64,000 bases of DNA from Eledone cirrhosa (lineage: Eukaryota). The stretch is taken from NCBI GenBank assembly GCA_964016885.1, contig OZ024746.1, positions 50,220,001-50,284,000 of the forward strand. The letters run 5' to 3'. Made by a program: the position numbers and the translations under genes. Under the pieces are notes generated by a model. The model was not told the DNA's origin. It made no database searches and saw only the letters and a list, made by a program, of their open reading frames with translations. Below, piece by piece: positions 1 through 12,199 of the stretch; position 1 is the first letter of the stretch, and every line of letters begins with the position of its first letter.

Positions 1-41
1 TTTTCACTCCCATTTGTAACGTTATAATAATATATAATAAT

Positions 42-98
42 TGTTTCTACTTTTGGCACAAGGCCGGCAAATATCCAGTGTATTACTGGTACTTTATT
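42..98 (-). mobile_element. 3' fragment of the tRNA-derived SINE family seen full length at 18619-18808
   Basis: Reverse complement matches the SINE 3' part (AAATAAAGTACCAG...GGCCTTGTGCCAA.AGTAGAAAC). Confidence 0.75.
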
Positions 99-299
99 TA
101 ATATATAATAAAATTTCAAATTGTAAGATGTAAATAATTGTTCCAAATCTATTTAGTTGATAACAAACTATCAAATTTCTCTTTTATTCACAGTTGTATA
201 AATAACATTAGAAATCGTTTGCAATTCTTTCAGAATGAAAATATAAACAGAGCATATAAATAAATTTACAGTAGAATAACATAACAAATATGTTTTAAA

Positions 300-380
300 T
301 ACAGTGATACCTTGAGATACGAGTGAACCGACATACGAGCCCTCACTCGGCTAATTTTTTGCCTTGTGATACGAGCTAGC
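300..380 (+). mobile_element. Possible Tigger/pogo-like terminal inverted repeat fragment
   Basis: TA|CAGTGATACCTTGAGATACGAG followed by further ATACGAG subrepeats resembles pogo/Tigger ends. No partner end was found. Confidence 0.35.
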
Positions 381-841
381 GCGTGCCTGAGAGGGGTGCA
401 GAATTAATTTCGCCCGGTGAACCCCAACCAAAGTTACTCCCGTCGTTTATATCCGTAAAGTGACTAAAGATTAAAACAAATGTAATATATTTACGGTTAG
501 GGTTGAGGCGATACTTGGTTTTAGTGTCCTAAATTATCATCATCGACATTCAATTATTAGCTCCACCCACTACACGAAACGTCACGACACGTCATCAGCT
601 GCTGCTGCTTGATTTTTACATGTTAATTTTCTTATATGCTTCATTTTTACACGAAAAAACATTGAATTTTTAGAATAAATATTTATTAAAATATTAACAG
701 AGAAAATTAGATTTTTGATTTATTTTTTGAACAAAATAAATATTTATTTACAGTTTTTCACAGAAAAACTATGCTTCATTTTTACATGAATATTTATTTA
801 CAGTTTTTAACAACAGAAAAAAAAATTATTTAAACAATATA

Positions 842-1438
842 TTGTTGCGATATACAGTAATTTTTTTTTACCGGTGCAATTTTATGCGTGATGTATGTAG
901 TGAATGGGTTGAACAAAATCCGGCGATACTCGGTGGTCTTGATTCTAACGGAATACCAATAACTGTACAAATTGATGAGAGCAAATATTTTCATCGTAAA
1001 TATGCTTGTGGGCTCTGGCATGAAGGACATTGGGTCATTGGCGGAATTGATACTAATAATCCCTGCAATATTTTTCTCCATGAAATCCCTGATTGGACTG
1101 CTGAGACTCTGCTGCCTCTCATTGAAAGGCACTGTGCAAATGGATCTATGATCCATACAGATGAGTGGCGGGCGTACAATAAAATGCCAAATTTGCCTGG
1201 TCGTTATACACATCTCACTGTCAATCATTCAAAGCATTTCGTTGATCCCATATCAAGTACACACACGCAAAATATTGAGGGGATGTGGTCTCATGCCAAA
1301 AAGAAACTAAAATGCATCAATGGTACCAGCGGACCAATATTTCAGTCGTATTTAAGGGAGTTTGAGTGGCGATGGCGCAATGCCACGTATCTAACTGGTA
1401 AAGGTAAATGTTTCGAAAAAAATGTGGCGATCGCTTAA
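842..1438 (+). mobile_element. ISXO2-like (IS1595/Merlin superfamily) DDE transposase, catalytic region, probably 5'-incomplete
   Basis: Motifs VQIDESK, HWVIGGI, GSMIHTDEWRAY, HLTVNHSKHFVDP, HTQNIEGMWS and YLREFEWR are typical of ISXO2/Merlin transposases. Confidence 0.9.
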
Positions 1439-1488
1439 ATAAAAATGTTCTAATGCAGTTTATATATAATATCGTCTTTGTTTTAATG

Positions 1489-1668
1489 CGTAGTGGAACT
1501 ACGTCGCACCTCGCAATAGCAACATTTGCATACGCAATAATGTCAAACTGACCAATGGGAGGTTGCGTATGAATACATGGTCAATCTCACTCTCTTGTTA
1601 AAAACCTGAGACAGTACTCGAGATGCCAGACAGACCGAGTTGACGCGCGAAGATTTATCTATAAAATT
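1489..1668 (+). repeat. 5' LTR (TG end mutated to CG, 3' end deleted)
   Basis: Direct repeat of 3493-3683 (GTAGTGGAACTACGTCGCACCTCGCAATAGC...). It runs into GTGACC, a PBS-like remnant. Confidence 0.85.
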
Positions 1669-1929
1669 GTGACCTGACTGTAAAGAATACATCCTTCACA
1701 CACATAAAAAAATGTCGAGCTTACAATAACACAATATTTTGTTCGCACATGGCATTTTTGTCCAATGTGGCGACTCACCACCTCCTTCTTCATCACTTAT
1801 TCCCGCGCTTTTACTTTGGCCAACATAAGCGCACTCTTTACTGTTTCAAGGATACTACAGAACTTAAAAAATTATTTTTGCATGTTTTGTTCGCAACTAT
1901 TTTGTTAAAGTTTACGAATGTCTTTGATG

Positions 1930-2415
1930 TTCACCTTGGCGACAATACACCTACACAGCTCTTATGGAGGATGAGAGAGCTGGCGGAAGACGCACCGGCC
2001 GACAGCGCCACGATCAAGCATCTTTTCTTCTCTAGGCTGCGGCCTAATGTCCAGGCTATATTAGCAGCGATGACCGAAACCAGTTCGGTGGATCAGTTGG
2101 CGTCATCCGCTGATAACATTTTGGAGTACTCCGGCAATTCGACCACTACTACCCCTTCACGACTTGCAACAAATGCTTCACCTTTTCCTGTCGCATCAGT
2201 TTCAGCCAGCGCCACTTCGACAAACGAAGCAACACTAAAGGCCATCCTTGACCTTACGAAGGAGGTAGAACTTCTTCGTTTATCCAGATCGAGATCTCCC
2301 CGATAACGGTCGCGGAATCGTTCGAATTATTCACGTCGTCGTTTCTAACCTTCACCATCGCGAGCATGCTTTTACCATAACCGTTTCGGAGCCTCTGCTC
2401 ATAAATGTATCTCCA
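1930..2415 (+). pseudogene. Gypsy gag remnant with zinc knuckle
   Basis: LGDNTPTQLLWRMRELA...LFFSRLRPNVQAILA, then CFYHNRFGASAHKC at ~2367-2408 after a stop/frameshift. Confidence 0.8.
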
Positions 2416-2459
2416 ACGAAGTAACGGAGAATTAAGCACGACGTCTTCTCCGCAATTCA

Positions 2460-2696
2460 GTACTGAAAGTCGTGCATTTTTAATTACGGATTCCTTCTCG
2501 CACGCACGCTGCCTCATCGACACGGGTGCGTCTTGCAGCATTTGGCCGTTAACACTCTTGAAAGAAAAACCTCCTCTCTCACACATATCACTACAAGCTA
2601 TAAGTCATTCAGCTATCCCTACGTATGGACAAATCTCTCGCTCTTTGGACCTGGATTTACGTAGAGATTTCTCATGGATTTTGACCATAGCTGATT
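2460..2696 (+). pseudogene. Gypsy aspartic protease remnant
   Basis: Active-site motif CLIDTGASCSIWP, followed by IPTYG..SLDLDLRRDFSW. Confidence 0.85.
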
Positions 2697-3381
2697 AGGA
2701 CTACCAGTTACCACCCTGCATCTAATGGAATTGTAGAGCGTTTTCATCGCCAGTTAAAGGCCGCGTTGCGTGCCTATCCTGATACTCTACATTGAAGCGA
2801 CTACCTCCCCATAGTACTACTCGGTATCTGCACTTTCAATGAAAGAGGACCTTGGATTCTCTCCAGCCGAGCTTTTGTACGGCACTACATTATCTCTGCC
2901 AGGGCAGATGCTTTCCCTAGTTGACCTTGCTACTCAGGACACTACACTATATGTGACCCGTTTGCGTGCGTATTTTCAAGTCCTGCCTCATATGAAAACT
3001 AGGCCACAAACCATTAAATCTTCTGTTCCGAGGGACTTTCCTCGTGGACCTATGTTTTTGTCAGAAATGACGCAGTGAGAAGTCCTCTCACTCCACCTTA
3101 TTCTGGACCCTATCGTGTACTTGCACGTAGAGATAAACATTTCACCTTTGACTTTAATGGACATAAAGACACACTCTATTGACAGACTAAAGCGGGCCTA
3201 CACAGATGCTGTCACACCAGAGCCTCTTACTCCCCTCTTCTACTATGTGTCAATACAAGCACCACCGCAAACACCACAATCACATTCAAACACTCCTTTA
3301 CTTTCAACATACATTACGACAACTCGCAGTGGTCGTCATGTCCATTGGCCCAACAAACTTTGTAAAACAATTTACATATAA
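2697..3381 (+). pseudogene. Gypsy integrase C-terminal half with GPY/F motif, frameshifted
   Basis: RTTSYHPASNGIVERFHRQLK, KEDLGFSPAELLYG, PPYSGPYRV, SIDRLK and TRSGRHVHWP. Confidence 0.85.
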
Positions 3382-3492
3382 ACTATTCTTTTTTCTCTTC
3401 ATTTTTGTATTTGCTTTGCGTGACTTATGTTACCTTTGCAGACAATTTCTCCTCATTTTTATCGATTGCTTTCCAGTCTAAGCAGAGGGTGA

Positions 3493-3683
3493 TGTAGTGG
3501 AACTACGTCGCACCTCGCAATAGCATCATTTGCATACACAATAAGGTCAAACTGACCAATGGGAAGTTGCGTATGAATACATGGTCACTCTCGCTCTCAG
3601 ACAGCACTCGAGATGCCAGACAGACCGAGCTGACTAGAAGATGATACAAACGCGCGAAGATTTATTGTAAAATTACTCCTACA
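3493..3683 (+). repeat. 3' LTR
   Basis: Begins TGTAG and ends CTACA (terminal inverted repeat), and is preceded by a PPT. Confidence 0.88.
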
Positions 3684-4074
3684 TTCCTTTTCGACAAATA
3701 AAATTATATCTATAGAGGATTGAGCATTGAAGAGCTATTTATTTATATCCTGGAAGTCAGAAGCATTTACTACCGATGAGAAGCTACCAACTCTTCGATT
3801 AAGGTATTTCAATTATATCACTTATAACTAATATCCTTCGAAGACCTATAACAACAATGTAAAATCATATAGATAATATTTAGCCCCTCATCCTTATCTA
3901 TAAATGTATCATTTATTACTTTACTGATCACATAAGACAGTGTAACACAGTCTTCGTTCAACTAATGTGTATATTGTCAATTACGATTTTATTTGACGTA
4001 TCATATCTACATGTATATATACTTGCGTATAATATCAATATACACACTACACATGCTAGCAGAAAACCACCCGT

Positions 4075-4337
4075 AGTATATATAAGTATATATGTATGTA
4101 TGTATATATATATAAGTATATATGTGTGTATGTATGTATGTATATATATATAAGTATATATGTATGTATGTATATAAGTATATATGTATATAAGTATATA
4201 TGTATGTATATATGTATGTATATATATAAGTATATATGTATGTATGTATATAAGTTTATATGTAAGTATGTATATAAGTATATATGTAAGTATGTATGTA
4301 TATAAGTATATATGTAAGTATGTATGTATATAAGTAT
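4075..4337. repeat. TA/TATG/TAAG micro-minisatellite
   Basis: Directly visible low-complexity repeat. Confidence 0.95.
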
Positions 4338-4745
4338 AAATTAATATTTGATGAACATTTACATGTTATAGTTGCAATTGACTAATAAGATCGCTAGAGT
4401 GAAAAATCTTAATTCAACAACATAAGGTCTGCCTGTACGATCTAGAAAATAATAAATCAATACTCATATGGGCAAAAAGCCTTGGTACCTGTGCAAAACC
4501 TCGTGTATTTTCGCTACGCTAACCAGACCTTAGATATATTTCTAAGGTTGAGTTTGTATTTTGAATTTTAAACGTGTCTAGGTACCAAGGCTTTTTGCCC
4601 ATATGAGTCTGTGAGTATTGATTTATTATTTTCTAGATCGTACAGGCAGACCTTATGTTGTTGAATTAAGAGTTTTCACTCTAGCGATCTTATTAGTCAA
4701 TTGCAACTATAACATGTAAATGTTCATCAAATATTAATTTATACT
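4333..4745. repeat. ~160-bp near-perfect inverted repeat (arms 4333-4490 and 4580-4745)
   Basis: The arms are reverse complements apart from a short indel and isolated substitutions. Confidence 0.93.
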
Positions 4746-5373
4746 GCTCAGAAGCAATTCCTAGAGCTGAAATGATTGTAAATGACCTCTCTGAGTCTAA
4801 ACTCTAAGCTATTTATCACTGCCCCCCAAGGTGAGCTGAATTTTGTAATCCCATACAAACGGCTGTTATTTCTAGCACTATGTGTGGGACGTTAGAGGAC
4901 TGGAATAAGCCGTGTGCAAAACCTCGTGTATTTTCGCTACGCTAACCAGACCTTAGATATTTTTCTAAGGTTGAGTTATTTTATTTTTATCTGGGTGCCT
5001 ATTGATAAACACAGAAAAAGTTGATTAACTCACTGCTAATTAGTTAATTATTTTACTATTATACCATCCTTTGTGAAACATGTTTGAAGTTTGAAGTTCT
5101 GACCGATCTGCGGAAAAAGTTTGTATTTTGAATTTTAAACGTGTCTAGGTACCAAGGCTTTTTGCCCATATGAGTCTGTGAGTATTGATTTATTATTTTC
5201 TAGATCGTACAGATTATGTTGTTGAATTAAGATTTTTCATTCTAGCGATCTTATTAGTCAATTGCAACTATAACATGTAAATGTTCATCAAATATTAATT
5301 TATACTGCTCAGAAGCAATTCCTAGAGCTGAAATGATTGTAAATGACCTCTCTGAGTCTAAACTCTAAGCTAT
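4551..5373 (+). repeat. Direct duplication 4551-4812 / 5118-5373 (also 4490-4553 / 4913-4977)
   Basis: Near-identical blocks from AGTTTGTATTTTGAATTTTAAACG to CTCTAAGCTAT. Confidence 0.92.
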
Positions 5374-5993
5374 ATAAGTATATATGTAAGCATGTATATA
5401 TATAAGTATATATGTAAGCATGTATATATATAAGTATATATGTAAGCATGTATATATATAAGTATATATGTAAGCATGTATATATATATAAGTATATATG
5501 TAAGCATGTATATATATATAAGTATATATGTAAGCATGTATATATATAAGTATATATGTAAGCATATATATATATAAGTATATATGTAAGCATGTATATA
5601 TATATAAGTATATATGTAAGCATGTATATATATAAGTATATATGTCAGCATGTGTATATATAAGTATATATGTAAGCATGTATATATATATAAGTATATA
5701 TGTAAGCATGTATATATATGAGTATATATGTAAGCATGTATATATATATGAGTATATATGTAAGCATGTATATATATATAAGTATATATGTAAGCATGTA
5801 TATATATAAGTATATATGTAAGCAAGTATATATATATATATAAGTATATATATAAGCATGTATATATATATAAGTATATATATGTAAGCATGTATATATA
5901 TATAAGTATATATATGTAAGCATGTACATATGTATGTATGTGTATATATATATGTAAGCATGTTCATATGTATGTGTATATATAAGTATATAT
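5371..5993. repeat. ~30-32 bp minisatellite TA(n)AGTATATATGTAAGCATG
   Basis: Tandem units are directly visible. The overlapping ORFs are repeat translations. Confidence 0.95.
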
Positions 5994-6395
5994 AAAAATG
6001 TCAATAATGACCTTTTTTTTACAAAAAACTTTTGAATTTAAGTTGTTTTCATGTTTACCTTAATTATTAACATTTTATAAGAAAAGTTGGTTATTTTGAC
6101 ATCGCCCCCCCCCCCCCCTCTCCCTCCCCAAAATAAAAACAAGACATAAAAATTTAAATTTAAGATTTAATTGTAAAAGTAACATTATCATATTTTAGCT
6201 CCTTGAGTTCCTTAAGTGCGTATTTCAGCTCGGATTCCCCATTTTCTAAACACAATGCAACTGATGTTTTTGCAAGCTAATCTTCACTCATTGAATTCTG
6301 TATTCGTAGACCTGACTTTTCCCAGCAATTTAGAATTGTCTCTTTTACAACCGAATCCCATGCCTGGACTGACCAAAAAATACCATGCAATAACT

Positions 6396-6491
6396 GTTTT
6401 TACTTTTGCCACAAGGCCAGCAATTATTCCAGTGCATCACTGGTACTTTATTTATCGACCCTATAAGGATGAAAGGCCAAGTTAAACTCGG
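6396..6491 (-). mobile_element. 5'-truncated copy of the tRNA-derived SINE
   Basis: Reverse complement matches CCGAG...CCTTTCATCCTT...GGGTCGATAAA.TAAAGTACCAG...GCTGGCCTTGTG of 18711-18807. Confidence 0.85.
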
Positions 6492-7661
6492 TAAATAAAG
6501 GGGCGTAACTCATGATGTTCCTTTTAAATTGACACTTTCACATCTTTATTAATAAAAATCGTATTGTTGCACTTGAATGACCAAATTATTCCTTGGTCTA
6601 AAAGTTGTAATTTTGTAGTTGTGTTCACGGGTAGAAAAAAAAAGTTCTATATTTTAAAAGCTTTGTTTGTGGCATGCTGCATTATCAAAGAGCAATAATA
6701 CTTTTCTCTATTGTTTAAAAAATTCGTAATTGATTTCTTTTAGGTAAAATGAAAATATATTGTCTGTCATCCATGCTGTAATGTTCTTTTATAATAAAAT
6801 TCCTGTTTAGAAATGTCAATATTCTTGAAACAACGAGGTTTAAGGCTTTTTTCAGTAAAAAGGGGTTTTAACTTTTCACCGGTTGCACTACATGTGAATA
6901 GTACTGTAATTCTCTCTTTTGATTCCTCTAATTTTGTATTATCATCGTTAAGAAAAACATAACTTTTAGTCCCTCTCCTTATTCCTACCCTTTATGTCTC
7001 ATCCTCGAATCCTTATTCTCAGTCCCTGTCTCCTATTCCTTATCTCTCTATCTCTTACTTTTTATTTATCTCTTACTTTTTATTTAATCCTTTGATATTT
7101 TATTATACAACTTGCCTTTTTATTTTGCCGATTTATAAACTCAAAACATATATCGTATTCCTTTTCATGTTATTGTTATCATTACTATCATCACTATTTT
7201 ACACATCCACTTACTTCAACTACCACCACTACTACTACTATTATCAGAAACCGTATTTTGTACTTATTTTTTACATCGTCATTCTTACTTCTTTATACTT
7301 TTATTCTTGTTTATCTTTTATTATTGATGTTTTCGTTTTCATTCACTCGATTCTCTGATGTATCTATAAATGCCAATGCCATGTGTTACACCCTCCAGTA
7401 TTCCGATGATTTGATCAGAGCCACACACTGTATTTAAGGTCGAGTGATTAGCGACCTTTAGACTCACCTGTTCAATGAAACAATTGTTAGTACTGTAAAT
7501 AAAACCCTTTTTATACAGCCGACCATGTTACTCTTCATTCTTTCACTACTATTACTCCAAGATCGACCTGCATGGGAATTATCGCAAACTCGCTACCTAA
7601 GTAAGGAAACCTCTCACTGGATTACCTAAAACGATAACTTGTGATCCCATGTTTTAAAAAC

Positions 7662-7815
7662 TCATCATCAACATCGTTTAAAGTCTATCTTCGACACTAG
7701 CATGGGTTTAGACGGGAGTTGTCCCACTTGAGGCAAGATTGGTTTTCTCGCTCGTATAGGACTGTCTGGCAGGTTTTCTACGGCTGGATGCCCTTCCTAA
7801 CACCAACCACGTTTA
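7662..7815 (-). mobile_element. RTE-related non-autonomous element (bipartite SINE-like)
   Basis: Shares its 3' tail with the RTE end at ~11240-11295 and carries GGTTGGTGTTAGGAAGGGCATCCAGCCGTAG, which I recall as an RTE 5'-UTR motif. Confidence 0.55.
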
Positions 7816-8074
7816 GTGTGGACTGGGAGGTTTTTACCGTGTTACCTACACGGGCACATTACAGCGTTGAGTGTTTTTTTTTTGTTTTTTTTTTTGTTTT
7901 TTTTTTTTGTCGTGACATCTACACGACCTCATTTATTTAGGACTGGATGTTGTGGTACCAACATAACTTTACAGAGAAAGGGGTTGGAGGATAGGGTAGT
8001 GGGATGCGGGTGTATTTTTGGTTAAAAGGTGCCTACTGACTAGGTTTCGCGTTGTACATAGGCAAATCAGGTCT

Positions 8075-8200
8075 TCTGTATTACTGCGTAGTGCCAAAGA
8101 TCTCTGTCCAGTGACATTGTCTTGGAGAGATGTATGTAAGGTCGGAATTTATCAAATCGTCCCAGGTTTTTCTGGGTCTGCCTACTCCGTAACTTCCATT
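8075..8200 (-). mobile_element. RTE LINE 3'-region fragment
   Basis: GVGRPRKTWDDLI, homologous to EGRPRKTWVEVV in the 11258-11710 ORF. Confidence 0.6.
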
Positions 8201-8240
8201 AATTTTGATATATATATATGTGCGTGTGTATATGTATATA

Positions 8241-8378
8241 TTTGTCCTGGGTATGACATTAAAATACATCCAGTGGCAAGGAGGAGCTGTGGGGAACGTG
8301 GAGTTACCCCCTTAATTGTCATAACTCCCATGTCTGCTCTGGCCTGGTGTAGTAGTACCCGTTAGGGCCCCATTTATA
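8241..8378 (+). mobile_element. SINE body fragment (second family)
   Basis: Close match to 16887-17040 (TGTCCTGGGTATGACATTAAA...GTTAGGGCCCCATTTAT). Confidence 0.75.
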
Positions 8379-8389
8379 GGTTAAATAAT

Positions 8390-8880
8390 AAGATGACAGA
8401 TCGGGGTACCCTATCAAAGGCCTTCTCTAGGTCAACAAAGGCTAAGTATAGTAGCTTATTTTTCTCTAAGAACCTCTCTTGTAATTGTCTCACCAAGAAG
8501 AGGGCATCTGTTGTACTATTCCCAGGCACAAAACCAAACTGCATCTCATCTAGTTTGACCCTTTCTCTAATTAGTTGTGCTAATATCCTTTCTGCCACTT
8601 TCATAACTTGATCCATCAGTTTTATACCCCTATAATTTCTCCTCTCAAGAGCATCCCCTTTACTTTTGCACTAGTCTTTGGGTATGACACTGCCATATAT
8701 AGCCTCATTGATGATGCGTGCAACCAGTTTAGTGCCTACGTCCTCTGATGCCTTCAGCATCTCAGCAACTATCCCTGATGGTCCAACAGCCTCACCATTT
8801 TTAATTTCCTTAATCGCCTCTTGGACCCTATATTCATCAATCTCAATAGCTGGTCCCTCTGTCGGATCTACTGAGGGTAA
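8390..8880 (-). mobile_element. RTE-clade LINE reverse transcriptase fragment
   Basis: NYRGIKL, MQFGFVPGNSTTDALFLVRQLQE and LAFVDLEKAFDRVPR. Confidence 0.9.
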
Positions 8881-9100
8881 TTTCTCTCTCTCCCATATAT
8901 ATATATATCCTGAAAGATTTGTAAATGTCTGAGAGATTGGCTAAATATGTTTTACAGTGTACTGTGCCATACTAAACTGCACCATACTAAATCACACTAC
9001 ACTACACTACACTACACTACACCACATCACTGTTCACTCTAACGCTACTGTTTTCTATTTTGCAGTTATGACCAGTTACAGTAAGAGAAAGGAAGTTATT

Positions 9101-10430
9101 TCAACAAAAGCTAAGTATAGTGGCTTCTAAGAACCTCTCTTGTAGTTGTCTCACTAAGAAGAGGGTATCTGTTTCACTTTTCCCAGGCACATAACCAAAC
9201 TGCATCGCATCTAGTTTGACCCTTTCTATAATTAGTTGCGCTAATATCCTTTCTGCCACTTTCACAACCTGATCCATCAGCTTTATTCCCCTATAATTGC
9301 TCATGTCCAAAGCATCCTCTTTATCTTTGTAGCAATTTACGAGAATATTGCTGCAGCAGTCTTTGGGCATAACACCGACATATATAGCCTGATTGATGAA
9401 GCGTTCAACCAGTTTAGTGCCTATGTCCCCTGATGCCTGCAGCATCTCAACAACTATCCCTGACGGTCCAGCGGCCTTACCATTATTCATTTCCTTAATC
9501 GCCTCTTAGACCCTATATTCGTCAATCTGAATAGCTGGTCCCTCTGTCGGATGTACTGGGTCTCCACATTCATCAGTCTCTCGTAATGACATTTCCAGGC
9601 CTCCTTTTTCTGACCATCCGTGAAACCAAGTATGCCGGCATCATTAAGCGGACAGACTTAATCTCGATTTGCACTGACACACAGCCTCGAAATATGGAAC
9701 ACCGCACGTCTTTGATCTTCCCGTCGAGCAGCCTCCTGACGTCTAGCTTCTCTCTTAGCGGCTGTATATTCTTCTCTACTCCCACTAATTTTCCAAGCAT
9801 TCCATGCTAGTCTTTAGTCTCCAATGGCCCGATCTACCGTGCTGTCCCACCACCATGTCACTTTCTGTCTGGTTGGAACTCTGATCCAGCCACAAGTTTC
9901 ACCAGTAGCCTGCAGTAGTTGTCACATAAGAAATTCCAGTTATCATCTATGTCATACGACTCTAAATTGTCTTCTTTTTCGTCATACACATCTTGAAGGG
10001 CTTTCCTAAGTTTGGATTTTAGTGAAAGTTCTTTTAGCTTCCAAACCTTTCTTTTTTCCACACCTTCCTGTATGTCTCATTCAGTCTCTTGCTTACTGAG
10101 ATATCACTAATGACTAACCTATGCAGTGGGGTACATTCTTCCCCGGGGTATGCCTTTGTATTTGACACCATCTGCCTGTCCCGCTGCCTAACTATCAAGA
10201 AGTCAATCTGGCTTATGTGCTTGCCTGATTTGTAGGTTATTAGGTGGTTGGCAGATTTCTGGAAGTTAGTGTTGGAAATGGTTAGTGCAATTGCATCGCA
10301 AAATTCAAGAAGTCTCACTCCTTCATTTCTTAAGCCGTAAGCGTGCCCACCATGTACCTCAGTGTAACCATCATGGAGCTGTCCAACATGACCATTGAAA
10401 TCCCCTGCTAGCATAACGATGTCTCCGTCA
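9101..10430 (-). mobile_element. RTE-clade LINE fragment: APE endonuclease C-terminus to RT N-terminus, degraded
   Basis: GDFNGHVG, LITYKSG..SQIDF (APE); GKAAGPSGIVVEML, NYRGIKL, QFGYVPG (RT). Confidence 0.9.
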
Positions 10431-10554
10431 TGTCATTCTGGCTGTTTGTAAAAATTGCTTGTAAATGCAGTATTTCTTGTCTTTACCTAGCAGTAGTCTC
10501 TTGCCCACAATTAACCCTAACACTAGCCCTAACACTAGCCCTAACACTAACTCA

Positions 10555-11155
10555 TGCAGGCCTAGGTAAAGACGAGAAAGATAAAACAAGGAGTGATGCT
10601 TCTTGAATTTTGTGATGCAAGTGTTTTAACCATTTGCAAAACTAACTTCCACAAACCTGCCAACTGCCTAATAACCTACAAATCAGTCAAGCACAGACGC
10701 TGGATTTACTTCTCGGTAGTTAGGCAGCGAGACAGACAGATGGTGTGAAGTACCAGGGTGTGCCCCGGGGAGGAATGTTCCCCACAGCATGGGTTGGTTG
10801 TTGGTGATGTCTTGATGATCCTGAGACGGAGTGAGACGTGCAGGAGGGTGTTTGGGGGAGGTGTGTGGAAACTAGGAGACCTTTCACTGAAGTGCAACTT
10901 TGGGAGGGCTCTTCAAGATGTGTGTGGCAGGTGGGAGGATGATTTGGAGTCATGTGACATGGATGCTGGCTGGAGTTTCTTGTGTGACAGCTTGCTGCTG
11001 GCTGCCGATTGGACTTGTGGCTGAGGCGGGGCTCCAGCCGGATGGAGGGTGGCCTTGTAGTGGGGCGGCGAGGTGGAGGGGGCATTGGAGGCGAGAGATT
11101 AACACAGAATGCTTGAGAAAATGGTGCGATTAGAGAAGGATGTACAGCCACTAAG
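10555..11155 (+). mobile_element. RTE endonuclease-region fragment, opposite orientation to 9101-10430
   Basis: LLEFCDA..LTICKTNF and PGEECSPQHGLV..D match the adjacent minus-strand copy. Confidence 0.75.
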
Positions 11156-11231
11156 GTAATAGATAGGTAAATAGATAGACTGATGCACAGATATCTGGAT
11201 AGATTGATAGAGAAATAGATATATAGAGAGT

Positions 11232-11705
11232 ATCATTATCATTGTCTGTTCATCATTTTACGTCCGCTTTTCCCTGCTTGCAAGGGTGGGATGGGTCCTA
11301 TTCAGCAGAGCATCTCTTCTCTTGTCACGGTCCTTCATCATCTCCTCGGGGAGTTTCGGCGATCTGAGGTCAGCTCTCACCACCTCCACCCATGTTTTTC
11401 GTGGTCTTCCTTCTACTGGGATTTCTTGGCACTTCTTTACCCAGCGCTCAACCTCCATGCGCATCACATGTCCATACCATCTCAGTCTTCTCTCCTGCAC
11501 ACCACAACTTATCCCTCTTAAACACAGTTTCTCTCTCAACTCGTCTATGCTTGGTCGTTCCCGCACATTAACATTGCACATCCAACGGAGCATGCTTGCT
11601 TCATTTCTCTCCAGCCGTCGCATATCCTCTGCAGTTGCTATCCATGTCTCGCCACCATGCAGCATAGCGCATCTCACATAGGCATCATGTAACCACACTT
11701 TCGTA
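11232..11705 (-). mobile_element. RTE LINE 3' end
   Basis: MLHGGETW, RNEASMLRWMC, RRLRWYGHVMRM and GRPRKTW, then a stop and a (TGA)n-like tail. Confidence 0.9.
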
Positions 11706-11722
11706 CGCATATATATTTTTGT

Positions 11723-11758
<36 letters not shown>

Positions 11759-11815
11759 GTATGTATGTATATGTATGTATGTATATGTATGTTTGTATGT
11801 ATATATATATGTATG

Positions 11816-12095
11816 TCAGGTCACCAGTTGGTGCTACTGGTAACATGTATCCCAGTACAACCTGTCTCATGGTCGGGTCGTTGGCGACTAAACTGGCAAC
11901 CCCACCAAGGTTTCTTGGTGAGGAGGGTGACTTTGGACATCCTGCAGGACTAAAAACAAAACCTGTCAAAGGGCAAAGGAGCTCTTAAGAGTCAATGGCC
12001 ATCCAAAATCACCGGGAGAGATGACCCCTTAGCCTTTGTCAAGGCAGAATTCTAGGAGAAGGAAAACTCTGATATAACACCTGCAACCCTGATGG
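11816..12095 (+). mobile_element. Probable LINE (RTE) 5'-UTR fragment
   Basis: GC-richer island (GGTCGGGTCGTTGGCGACTAAACTGGCAACCCC...GGAGAAGGAAAACTCTG) resembles RTE 5' ends as I recall them. Confidence 0.4.
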
Positions 12096-12199
12096 TATCC
12101 AATGATGTTGACTTGTTCTTCTTTTTGGTACATATCATCTTGGTTAAGAGAGTGGGACTGGCTTTGTGCAGTGCCTTTGCTCACTATAAAAGCTTCACG

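Larger units (their letters stand above)
1489..3683 (+). mobile_element. Ty3/Gypsy LTR retrotransposon, internally deleted (no RT/RNase H), non-autonomous
   Basis: Two similar LTRs, gag, protease and integrase remnants, and a purine tract (AAGCAGAGGGTGA) just before the 3' LTR. Confidence 0.9.

Noticed and set aside
3770-3810. CCGATGAGAAG...CTTCGATT as a hammerhead
   Set aside because: Both conserved core segments are mutated and stems I and III are not evident.
3965-6004. Tyr/Ile/His-rich ORFs
   Set aside because: They are translations of TA-rich mini- and microsatellites.
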